Part shown: piece by piece, positions 53,950 to 64,000 of the stretch
Position numbering within the stretch: position 1 is the first letter of the stretch
Layout: every line of letters begins with the position of its first letter
Assembly (NCBI RefSeq): GCF_006345805.1
Contig: NC_042999.1
Span: forward strand, 16,926,001-16,990,000
Direction of reading: 5' to 3'
DNA from: Octopus sinensis
Taxonomy: Eukaryota
Length of the DNA stretch: 64,000 nucleotides
Position numbers and translations under genes: made by a program
Notes under the pieces: generated by a model
Databases searched by the model: none
What the model saw: the letters and a program-made list of their open reading frames with translations, nothing else
What the model was told of the DNA's origin: nothing

Positions 53950-54602
53950 TGTCTTGCAAACAACTTGCACATGCAAGTGCTACCAGTTAAAAGCTCCGTA
54001 TACCGGAAGCTAGCAAGTGTATGGGGTCATCAGGAGAGAATGCGCACCGTTTCGGGGCTTACCTCTCGATGGCATCAATGCGTACCGCCCCCCCCTCACT
54101 GATATGAGGCCCCGCTCGCTAGATCAGCTGGTTATAAAGAACTCAATATACTTCTAGACATCGCTCTTCATCTCTTTTTAACCAAATCCAGTGGTTAGCC
54201 TTCTTCACTGTAGATTGGATATCAGTCATGGTGGTATTGACTTTACGATGAGTTAGGCCTAGCGATAACAACAGTCGTCTCACGCTGTGTCCTACAAACC
54301 CTCTACATCCGACTTCGATAGGAAAATGTTCCGCTTTCCAGCCCGCGTCTTCACATTCCTCGAGGAGGTTTTCATAACGGTTCAATTTTCGAGCTCGAGC
54401 GGCGTCCATATTATCTTCACGAGGAACCGTTAGCTCGACTATATTTACAACTTTCTTTCTTTCACACCACATCAAAATATCTGATTTTTTCGAAACTGGG
54501 ATGGGAAAGAAAACCTGGCACCCAGGTAAATCTGCAGTTACCTCCCAATAGCCGTTCCACTTTTCATTTTTCTCAGGAAGTTTCTTGATCTTCTTCTTGA
54601 AA
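53950..54602 (-). mobile_element. RLE-type non-LTR retrotransposon (HERO-like), 3' fragment
   Basis: WEVTADLPGCQVFFPIPVSKKSDILMW...IVELTVPREDN...ARARKLNRYENL..CEDAGW...IEVGCRGF is a restriction-like endonuclease domain; followed by ~190 bp of 3'UTR and (TA)n. Confidence 0.85.
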
Positions 54603-55257
54603 CATATATATATTTCTTATATTTCTTACTATTTGTCACGTGGCGAGAAGCGTGTGTGTTCAAGACAATGACAACTATCATACCCTATACATTTCTTCAT
54701 ATATTTATTCAAGAATGATCTGTTCTGCTCAATTAAACACAGTCAATCTCTCTCTCGCTCTCTCTAATGACTGCCATATCAGAAATAAAAAAACAACACT
54801 CTGGGCCAATACGTCCAACTACATTTGTTCAAATAAATTTGTTCAAGGCGGTGCTCCAGCATGGTCACAATCTAATGAAAGAAAGAAATTAAAAAGTGAA
54901 AAAGGAGAAAAGATAAAACAAAATTATAAGAGTGGGTTTTTTTCCCTCTTACACCAGCAGAGCGGAACTCTAATAATAACAATAATAATAATAAAAAGAG
55001 AAAAAAGACAAAATATTCAGGCAAATACATAAGAAAAACACTAGGACTTACAAATATATACAACATACAGAAAATTGCACTACTTGGCACTGCACACATC
55101 CTACGCGAAACACTTTCAATACAGTAACCATCAGAGCATCACAACAAACTACAGCACATATCCAAGGCACACATAGCTGCGCTCGGTAGTGAAGTGAAAG
55201 CACGTTATAAAAATAAAACTACTGAATAATAAAAATAATAACACCGAAGACAACAAC

Positions 55258-55276
55258 AAAAACAACAACAACAATG

Positions 55277-55317
<41 letters not shown>

Positions 55318-55378
55318 TAATAATAATAATAATGATAATAATGATAATAATAATAATAGTAATAATAATAATAATGGT
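55258..55378 (+). repeat. (AAC)n/(AAT)n trinucleotide array
   Basis: Read directly. Confidence 0.95.
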
Positions 55379-55932
55379 GATATTGTATTCGCAAAAAATA
55401 AAAATAAATGTGATACGATTTTTGCTCTTCACCTTTCAAATTACTTATATCACTATTAATTGCACCAATAATATGTGGTGCAAGAGTGTTTGGTTATTTT
55501 CTAATCAGTACGTTTATGGATGAGCAAACTAGCTGTATATACGGGCATATACTTTTAATTATGCTCGAAGTAAATCAACCAGCAAACATTGATAAAATAA
55601 ATAAATTTGGAGTACATTAGCTGTGATAGTAAATTCAAAACACATATACACACATTGTTAAATGCGTCGAAACAGTTGTAGTGATTTTAGATAAAGCATG
55701 TTATTAATTCCACTTTGTATTATATCACGTAACAGCTTATATGTACGTGTATCTATGTGCACACGTGTGAAAATTTGCCTTGGACAAAGTGTATTGTCAT
55801 AAATACACATTTACTGGAGTCTGCAACATCGTTTTCTAAATTTATCCAGATATGTTTGAATGAAATATTTTACAATACATTCTATATCATAGAAACAACC
55901 AATGTAGATATAAGTATGTCTGTATATGTTGT

Positions 55933-56234
55933 GTGAAGGCGCATGGCTCAGTGGTTAGAGCGTCCAACTTACGATCGTGTGGTTGTGAGTTCGAATCTCG
56001 GATCGAGCTGCGTGTTGTGTTCTTGAGTTTACTCAGCTGTAGAAATGAGTTGCGACGTCACTGGTGCCGACCTTATCGGCTCCTTTGCCTTTCCCTTGGA
56101 TAACACTTGTGGCGTGGAGAGTGGAGGCCAGTATGTATGGGCGATTGCTGGTCTTCTACAAACAACCTTGCCCGGACTTGTGCCTCGAAGGGTAACTTTC
56201 TAGGTGCAATCCCATGGTTAGTCATGACCGAAAG
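55933..56234 (+). mobile_element. SINE family D (tRNA-derived)
   Basis: A box TGGCTCAGTGGTTAGAGC and B box GAGTTCGAATCTC, followed by a non-tRNA body. Confidence 0.8.
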
Positions 56235-57152
56235 ATATCTCCGAGAACTCCGTATTTGTTGTAACATTCACAGATATCCAATCAACGTATATGCATGCTG
56301 AAATTCTTTAACAATACACAAAACCGACATGTTACGCGGTCTTCTTATACATACAATCGTCAAAATAGGTAAAATGCGTTCTTGGAATTCAAAAAGTGTT
56401 TATCAGCTCTAGCCTATTACATAGAGTGCATCTTAGCCACCACGGATTGACTATGAATCGATGATCAACAACATCGAATACTATGTAACCAGAATCAGAT
56501 ATTCTTTGTAGATAAATCCGTTATTCTGTTTATTTATATCAGAACAGTCACCCAAATTAAAGCAAATTGAAACGGATTCAACTAAACTATGTAACTAAGC
56601 TTTCTAAAATTTGTTAAAGTGCATTCAATTTTCCACACGCAAAATATTTGTCTATAAGCTTTTGTGTATATGTTACGTTATCTCGTCACATAACCATTAT
56701 CCGGATGCTAATATTTTCCTTATAAACAACATATTTTAAACATTATTTGGCTAAATCCAGTCTGACAGTATGATATACTGCATCGGTTGTTATTGTTTCT
56801 ACTCACGTAATGTTGCGAAATTACATGAAATTACTCGAAATGAACATTAAATACCAGATAATGTAAATGCTTCACACGCTGTTGTTGATTTTATATTCTT
56901 ATATTATGCTGCATTCGTCCATTCGCCAATGATTGATCGCGTATATTTGTACACTCTCAGAAACAATTATAAAACGATGAGTCAGCGATAATTTTCACAA
57001 GCTTACTGCCATATAAATGTGTGTGTGGTGTGCTTCGGAAGGGATGGAGTGTGCTCAACTATTACAGAGAGGACTAAGCTGATGCGGATTTCAAAGTTTG
57101 AAATCTGAATCAAAATATAAAGGAAGTGTACAGACAAAACACATTTAGTATA

Positions 57153-57376
57153 CTCTTTTACTTTTGTAATATTTTTACTTGTTTCAGTCATTTGACTATG
57201 GCCATGCTGGAGGACAGATTTTAGTCTAGCAAATCGACCCCAGGACTTATTCTTCGTAAGCCGAATACTTATTCTATCGATGTCTTTTGCCGAACCGCTA
57301 AGGTACGGGGATGTAAACACACCAACATCGGTTGTCAAGCGAAGTTTGTGGGGACAAACACAGACACACAAACACA

Positions 57377-57413
<37 letters not shown>

Positions 57414-57568
57414 GACGGGCTTGTTTCCGTTTCCGTTTACCAAATCCACTTACAAGGCTTTGGTCAACCCGAAGCTATAGTAGAAGACACTTGCCCAACG
57501 TGCCGCGCAGTGGGACTGAACCCGAAACCCTGTGGATGGTAAACAAGCTACTTACAACACAGCCACAC
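57153..57568 (-). mobile_element. SINE family B, full length
   Basis: Reverse complement of 48978-49380. Confidence 0.9.
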
Positions 57569-57633
57569 CATTTCTTATCATTAGAAAGATCTTAAATATT
57601 TTCAGTTGCTTTGTATATGTAATTACTAACTCA

Positions 57634-57677
<44 letters not shown>

Positions 57678-58267
57678 CCCCTATAATTAAATGCTCAGCA
57701 CGCAGCTCTACTTCCATTCAGGTTCCAGGTCTTATTGTTAATAGCGTTAACTTCACACCATTACGCGTTGTGTTCACACAGGATCCTGCATATATTGATG
57801 TGGTCTATTACGTAATATAAGGGCACATCAATAAGGAGAGAAAAGAACAAGGCCCTGAAATCCTTACTCCGTTGTTGTATCCATAGGTTACAGTATTCAG
57901 TAAAACAATTTGTCACATTATAGCTGTAATTCCATCGATACACTTCATGTAATAGCATGCGTAAGTAAACAAATCTTTAGGCAGATAGACGAGAAATACA
58001 AGTCACAAACATGCAGGAAGCAAATTTAAACACTCATGAGGTGCTAAGCTGGAGGCTGCGGACAGCAGATAGGGCGGGATCACTGTCCCCACAACCACAA
58101 ATGGGGACTGGTTTTGATAAGAATCGGAGTAAACTGCTGAAAAGAATTCAAGGATATGTCGCACGTAAGTAATCGTATGTATGTATGTATGTATGTATGT
58201 ATATATGCATGTATGTATGTCTCTTCTATTTCTTAATTATTATTCTGTATGTATGTGCATATATATT

Positions 58268-58324
<57 letters not shown>

Positions 58325-58499
58325 ACGAGCAAAATGCTCCCCACCTCATCCAATGGACGTTGCTGAGTTGTCAAACATTTAAAGCAAATTGTCTCAAAAC
58401 AACTTGCCCAACCGTCCCATAGGCCTCCCCTTTGAGAAACACTGATTTAACCTAAATTTGAGACACCAGCAAAAGAAGAAATAACGATAGACTTTTTTT

Positions 58500-58697
58500 T
58501 CTATTCCAAAGAAAAACGATTTCCCACGGCTTTATCGATTGCATTCAATTTTTGTAATTTTTTCAAGACTTAAACACGCTCTGTTACCGTCGGTATTTAC
58601 ATATCAAATTTGAGCGCAATTGGACGGAGGATGCCCGAGATCCTAGAAGCCACACGCATACACACAGACAGACAGAACGGATTTTATATAAGAGATA
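58500..58697 (+). mobile_element. Helitron-like element, terminal fragment
   Basis: Ends ...CACACAGACAGACAGAACGGATTTTATATAAGAGAT, the same style of terminus as 1440-1486. Left boundary uncertain. Confidence 0.5.
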
Positions 58698-59796
58698 AGT
58701 ATGGCTATACATACATATATACATACATACATTGTCCTAAATATAACATTCCAGTTTGTTCAAGTACTATACCATTCTTGATTTATTGAAGCCATGTCCA
58801 GCTTTTAGAAGAGTCAGTTTACAGTAAAATAAGTTGCCCATCGTAAACAGTGTTTTTATAGTTTTTGCATGTTGAAAAGTAAATGAATTTAGGAATTTTA
58901 GAAATTATTTGAAATTGTTTTAATTTGTATTACACTGTGATAGATCGTTTGATATGAAAAAGGACCCCAGAATAACAGACTTATCTCCAAAGAATATCTG
59001 ATTCCGGTTGGCTAAGGTGCACAACACGTAAAGGATTAGATTTGAACACTTTTTGAGCTCAAGACCGCATTGAAGCAATTTTAACAATTGTATATACGGA
59101 AAGACCGACTAACATGTCGGCCTTGTGCACTTGGCATTCACATATATTTATTGAATATCTGTTGATATTACAACAACTGAATTTTAATATTGCGACACCA
59201 TATTTTAAAATTTATAACATAATAATTTTTTTCATCTACCGCATTATTAGATTCTACTGCACAATTTTCGACCGGAATTCCTGTTTATAATAATGCTTTT
59301 TTTATTACTTTATTAGAGCAAAGTGATTGGAATTATTCATGTTTTAGTATTACCTTAAATCGTTTATATAGGAACCAAACGTTCGAATGCTGACTTACTT
59401 CAAAAGCCATAAACCTGTCCTATTAAATGTTTGCTGCACAGCATCAGTGTAATTAACCTCCACACTCCTAACGATTTTGGATAACTTTAATGCATGTATG
59501 AAGTCGAAAACCTGTAATTTCCATAAATATGTGATAGATATAACATTAGATATTCCACTGAAAATACTTTGAAATTTGTAAACTAATTTATTTTGGTGCT
59601 AAATTATAGATTTATAGTCACAGTTTATTCATGTCTAACAGAATATATGTTGAATAACCAAATAGGTTGTTCAGGAAAAAAGGTCTAAAAATTGTTATAC
59701 TTCTGTTAATGCCTGAGTAAAAAAAAAAAATTGTTTTTTTTTACCCTCAAACACTTATCAGTATTCAAATTTCTAGTAATGAAGATACATTGTTTG

Positions 59797-60351
59797 GATC
59801 TTTTCGGTTTGAACGGCAGTTTTTAAAAATAATTTCCACGTTACTAAACACTTTTAAACTTCGTATACTGGTAGAATGTGTTTATAAAACATCTTTTTCT
59901 CTTGGCTTTATTGAGCTATTTGTTGTTTTTTTTTCTTCAATTTCTGCAATTTCAACCAATCAATGACATCTATTGAAGTGAAAATACTCTGTGCCGTATG
60001 AATATGTCCCTCGTTTAAGAAGCAGATTGGCTTTATTTACATTTGTGAAGAAAAAAAAGATACCCTTCCCCCACACGTAACCACCCGTAACCCTAACCAA
60101 CCCTAAAACAGATTGAAATGACATCTATTGAGGTGAAAATACGCTGTGCCGTATGAATATGTCCCTCGTTTAAGAAACAGATTGTGTTTATTTACATTTG
60201 TGAAGAAAAAAAGATATCCTTCCACCCACCCCTAACCCTAACTAACCCTAAAATAGATTGAAATGCAATAGATCGATACTAGGGTCATAATTATGGGTGA
60301 CAATTTCATATGACACCGCGAGAAAAAAAATGCTGTTCAAACTGAAAAGAT
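59797..60351. mobile_element. Non-autonomous DNA element with ~28-bp inverted repeats, an internal ~157-bp duplication and CCCTAA motifs
   Basis: GATCTTTTCGGTTTGAACGGCAGTTTTT / AAAAATGCTGTTCAAACTGAAAAGAT. The segment TGACATCTATTGA...CCCTAAAA(C/T)AGATTGAAA is repeated twice. Confidence 0.7.
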
Positions 60352-61099
60352 ACATAATACATTTTAAGACTCAGCACTAAATCCAACCGCACACTGCTAC
60401 AGGTTTACAAGTGATTCTGTTAACTATCTCTTCGTACATTGTAACTCAAGTGAAATAACGCGAAACCTTATAAATTATCTCTTCACTTACTAATTAGGAG
60501 AATGCTGGAAGCAGGAAAATATTAAAATTAAGAAGTCATTGAAAAGGTGAATTTAACTTTCATTGTATTCTTTATGTTGAGGTTGTTATAGGGCTGCTTA
60601 AGATGGCTATAGAATATAGTTAATACTCGACATATTCAAGGTAACCTATATCAATAGATATACATAGAAATAAATATATGTTTATATATGTATGTATATA
60701 TATATATAAGTTCAAGTATGTATGTATACATATCTATATATATAAATCTCTCTATATATATATAAATATATATATTCATACATACATACATACATATTTG
60801 AACTTTATATATATATGTATATATATATATATATATATAAGTTTAACAATTAAGGATAATCTCTTAATAAGGGATCTTAACAAGAAATTAACGGGTAGCT
60901 AGCGTGAAAACCTCGTAAAAGAAAAGAATTCGAAAATAATTTTTTTCTTTTGAACAAATTAATTATAACTATATTGTATAGAGGGCATTATTACACATAA
61001 ATGCCTCACACTAGGAGGGACAAAGTCATTACTACCAAAATTATACTAATCATACCCAAATGCAGTTTTTCAAAGCAAGACATTTAAAAAAATGAATTT

Positions 61100-61158
61100 A
61101 GTTCTGTATCACCGTGATTTCACATTCAACTTTACGTCTAATGATCGTCAGCAGAACT
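61100..61158 (-). ncRNA. Type I hammerhead ribozyme, unit 1
   Basis: 5'-AGUUCUG-CUGACGA-UCAUUAGACGUAAAGUUGAAUGU-GAAA-UCACGGUGA-UA-CAGAACU-3'. Stem I is 7 perfect bp, stem II is CAUU/AAUG plus GAC/GUU, stem III is AUCA/UGAU, cleavage triplet AUA. Confidence 0.85.
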
Positions 61159-61582
61159 GATTCTGAATACATCATAAATAAACTACCAACCTTACGTAGC
61201 GAAGACAAACAGACAACTGCTCACTCCGGCCAAGCACATGGAATGTTTATAAATCATATATCCGGTAAATGGCGGGCTTTTTTACGAACTGCATGTCGGG
61301 TAATGAAAAGTATTTCGGAATAAGTTTAACAATTAAGGATAATCTCTTAATAAGGGATCTTAACAAGAAATTATCGGGTAGCTAGCGTGAAAACCTCGTA
61401 AAAGAAAAGAATTCGAAAATAATTTTTTTCTTTTGAACAAATTAATTATATCTATATTGTATAGAGGGCATTATTACACATAAATGCCTCACACTAGGAG
61501 GGACAAAGTCATTACTACCAAAATTATACTAATCATACCCAAATGCAGTTTTTCAAAGCAAGACATTTAAAAAAATGAATTT

Positions 61583-61641
61583 AGTTCTGTATCACCGTGA
61601 TTTCACATTCAACTTTACGTCTAATGATCGTCAGCAGAACT
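61583..61641 (-). ncRNA. Type I hammerhead ribozyme, unit 2
   Basis: Identical to unit 1. Confidence 0.85.
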
Positions 61642-62065
61642 GATTCTGAATACATCATAAATAAACTACCAACCTTACGTAGCGAAGACAAACAGACAAC
61701 TGGTCACTCCGGCCAAGCACATGGAATGTTTATAAATCATATATCCGGTAAATGGCGGGCTTTTTTACGAACTGCATGTCGGGTAATGAAAAGTATTTCG
61801 GAATAAGTTTAACAATTAAGGATAATCTCTTAATAAGGGATCTTAACAAGAAATTATCGGGTAGCTAGCGTGAAAACCTCGTAAAAGAAAAGAATTCGAA
61901 AATAATTTTTTTGTTTTGAACAAATTAATTATATCTATATTGTATAGAGGGCATTATTACACATAAATGCCTCACACTAGGAGGGACAAAGTCATTACTA
62001 CCAAAATTATACTAATCATACCCAAATGCAGTTTTTCAAAGCAAGACATTTAAAAAAATGAATTT

Positions 62066-62124
62066 AGTTCTGTATCACCGTGATTTCACATTCAACTTTA
62101 CGTCTAATGATCGTCAGCAGAACT
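62066..62124 (-). ncRNA. Type I hammerhead ribozyme, unit 3
   Basis: Identical to unit 1. Confidence 0.85.
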
Positions 62125-62546
62125 GATTCTGAATACATCATAAATAAACTACCAACCTTACGTAGCGAAGACAAACAGACAACTGCTCACTCCGGCCAAG
62201 CACATGGAATGTTTATAAATCATATATCCGGTAAATGGCGGGCTTTTTTACGAACTGCATGTCGGGTAATGAAAAGTATTTCGGAATAAGTTTAACAATT
62301 AAGGATAATCTCTTAATAAGGGATCTTAACAAGAAATTATCGGGTAGCTAGCGTGAAAACCTCGTAAAAGAAAAGAATTCGAAAATAATTTTTTCTTTTG
62401 AACAAATTAATTATATCTATATTGTATAGAGGGCATTATTACACATAAATGCCTCACACTAGGAGGGACAAGTCATTACTACCAAAATTATACTAATCAT
62501 ACCCAAATGCAGTTTTTCAAAGCAAGACATTTAAAAAAATGAATTT

Positions 62547-62605
62547 AGTTCTGTATCACCGTGATTTCACATTCAACTTTACGTCTAATGATCGTCAGCA
62601 GAACT
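62547..62605 (-). ncRNA. Type I hammerhead ribozyme, unit 4
   Basis: Identical to unit 1. Confidence 0.85.
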
Positions 62606-63028
62606 GATTCTGAATACATCATAAATAAACTACCAACCTTACGTAGCGAAGACAAACAGACAACTGCTCACTCCGGCCAAGCACATGGAATGTTTATAAA
62701 TCATATATCCGGTAAATGGCGGGCTTTTTTACGAACTGCATGTCGGGTAATGAAAAGTATTTCGGAATAAGTTTAACAATTAAGGATAATCTCTTAATAA
62801 GGGATCTTAACAAGAAATTATCGGGTAGCTAGCGTGAAAACCTCGTAAAAGAAAAGAATTCGAAAATAATTTTTTTCTTTTGAACAATTAATTATATCTA
62901 TATTGTATAGAGGGCATTATTACACATAAATGCCTCACACTAGGAGGGACAAAGTCATTACTACCAAAATTATACTAATCATACCCAAATGCAGTTTTTC
63001 AAAGCAAGACATTTAAAAAAATGAATTT

Positions 63029-63087
63029 AGTTCTGTATCACCGTGATTTCACATTCAACTTTACGTCTAATGATCGTCAGCAGAACT
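63029..63087 (-). ncRNA. Type I hammerhead ribozyme, unit 5
   Basis: Identical to unit 1. Confidence 0.85.
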
Positions 63088-63510
63088 GATTCTGAATACA
63101 TCATAAATAAACTACCAACCTTACGTAGCGAAGACAAACAGACAACTGGTCACTCCGGCCAAGCACATGGAATGTTTATAAATCATATATCCGGTAAATG
63201 GCGGGCTTTTTTACGAACTGCATGTCGGGTAATGAAAAGTATTTCGGAATAAGTTTAACAATTAAGGATAATCTCTTAATAAGGGATCTTAACAAGAAAT
63301 TATCGGGTAGCTAGCGTGAAAACCTCGTAAAAGAAAAGAATTCGAAAATAATTTTTTTCTTTTGAACAAATTAATTATATCTATATTGTATAGAGGGCAT
63401 TATTACACATAAATGCCTCACACTAGGAGGGACAAAGTCATTACTACCAAAATTATACTAATCATACCCAAATGCAGTTTTTCAAAGCAAGACATTAAAA
63501 AAATGAATTT

Positions 63511-63569
63511 AGTTCTGTATCACCGTGATTTCACATTCAACTTTACGTCTAATGATCGTCAGCAGAACT
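63511..63569 (-). ncRNA. Type I hammerhead ribozyme, unit 6
   Basis: Identical to unit 1. Confidence 0.85.
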
Positions 63570-64000
63570 GATTCTGAATACATCATAAATAAACTACAAC
63601 CTTACGTAGCGAAGACAAACAGACAACTGCTCACTCCGGCCAAGCACATGGAATGTTTATAAATCATATATCCGGTAAATGGCGGGCTTTTTTACGAACT
63701 GCATGTCGGGTAATGAAAAGTATTTCGGAATAAGTTTAACAATTAAGGATAATCTCTTAATAAGGGATCTTAACAAGAAATTATCGGGTAGCTAGCGTGA
63801 AAACCTCGTAAAAGAAAAGAATTCGAAAATAATTTTTTTCTTTTGAACAAATTAATTATATCTATATTGTATAGAGGGCATTATTACACATAAATGCCTC
63901 ACACTAGGAGGGACAATGTATATATATATATACATTTATATACATATATAAATTTATTTGCACTCTTAAGAGAAATTATATAAATACACATACACACACT

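Larger units (their letters stand above)
60838..63916 (-). mobile_element. Tandem array of ~483-bp hammerhead-containing units (candidate non-LTR retrozyme), 6 full units + 186-bp partial
   Basis: Unit starts (TAAGTTTAACAATT) at 60838, 61321, 61804, 62287, 62768, 63250 and 63731. Units are nearly identical, each full unit has a hammerhead on the minus strand, and both ends are flanked by (TA)n. Confidence 0.85.

Noticed and set aside
54025-54100. CTGATGA and GAAAC motifs in the 3'UTR of the HERO-like fragment (minus strand)
   Set aside because: The order would need a type II hammerhead, but the would-be stem II strands (CCCC and CCCC) cannot pair. It is probably another 3'UTR structure.
61114-63252. 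Repeated 69-aa ORF (MISHSTLRL...) in each array unit
   Set aside because: It has a GTG start, no recognisable domain, is antisense to the hammerhead and simply recurs with the repeat.
60838-63916. Array as CRISPR, rDNA or snRNA cluster
   Set aside because: There are no unique spacers, no 5S/tRNA/snRNA similarity and no clear Pol III boxes; the context is eukaryotic.

Overview
Very AT-rich, microsatellite-saturated eukaryotic DNA whose SINE families and repeat landscape look like Octopus (inferred, not verified by search). No host protein-coding gene could be confidently identified; the long ORFs belong to retroelements. Contents: three decayed CR1-group LINEs clustered at 32.3-44.5 kb, a 5'-truncated Penelope-like element (RT thumb + GIY-YIG, 11.1-12.6 kb, minus), a truncated RLE-type (HERO-like) LINE, at least four tRNA-derived SINE families (>20 copies), Helitron-like non-autonomous elements, a hAT-type MITE and several long palindromes. 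The main observation is a tandem array of ~483-bp units (60838-63916, 6.4 copies). Every full unit carries an identical, well-formed type I hammerhead ribozyme on the minus strand, which is the architecture expected of a non-LTR 'retrozyme' that produces small circular RNAs. Further hammerhead-like motifs occur in scattered Penelope-type terminal-repeat fragments. The LINEs and one SINE family share a covarying 3' stem-loop.
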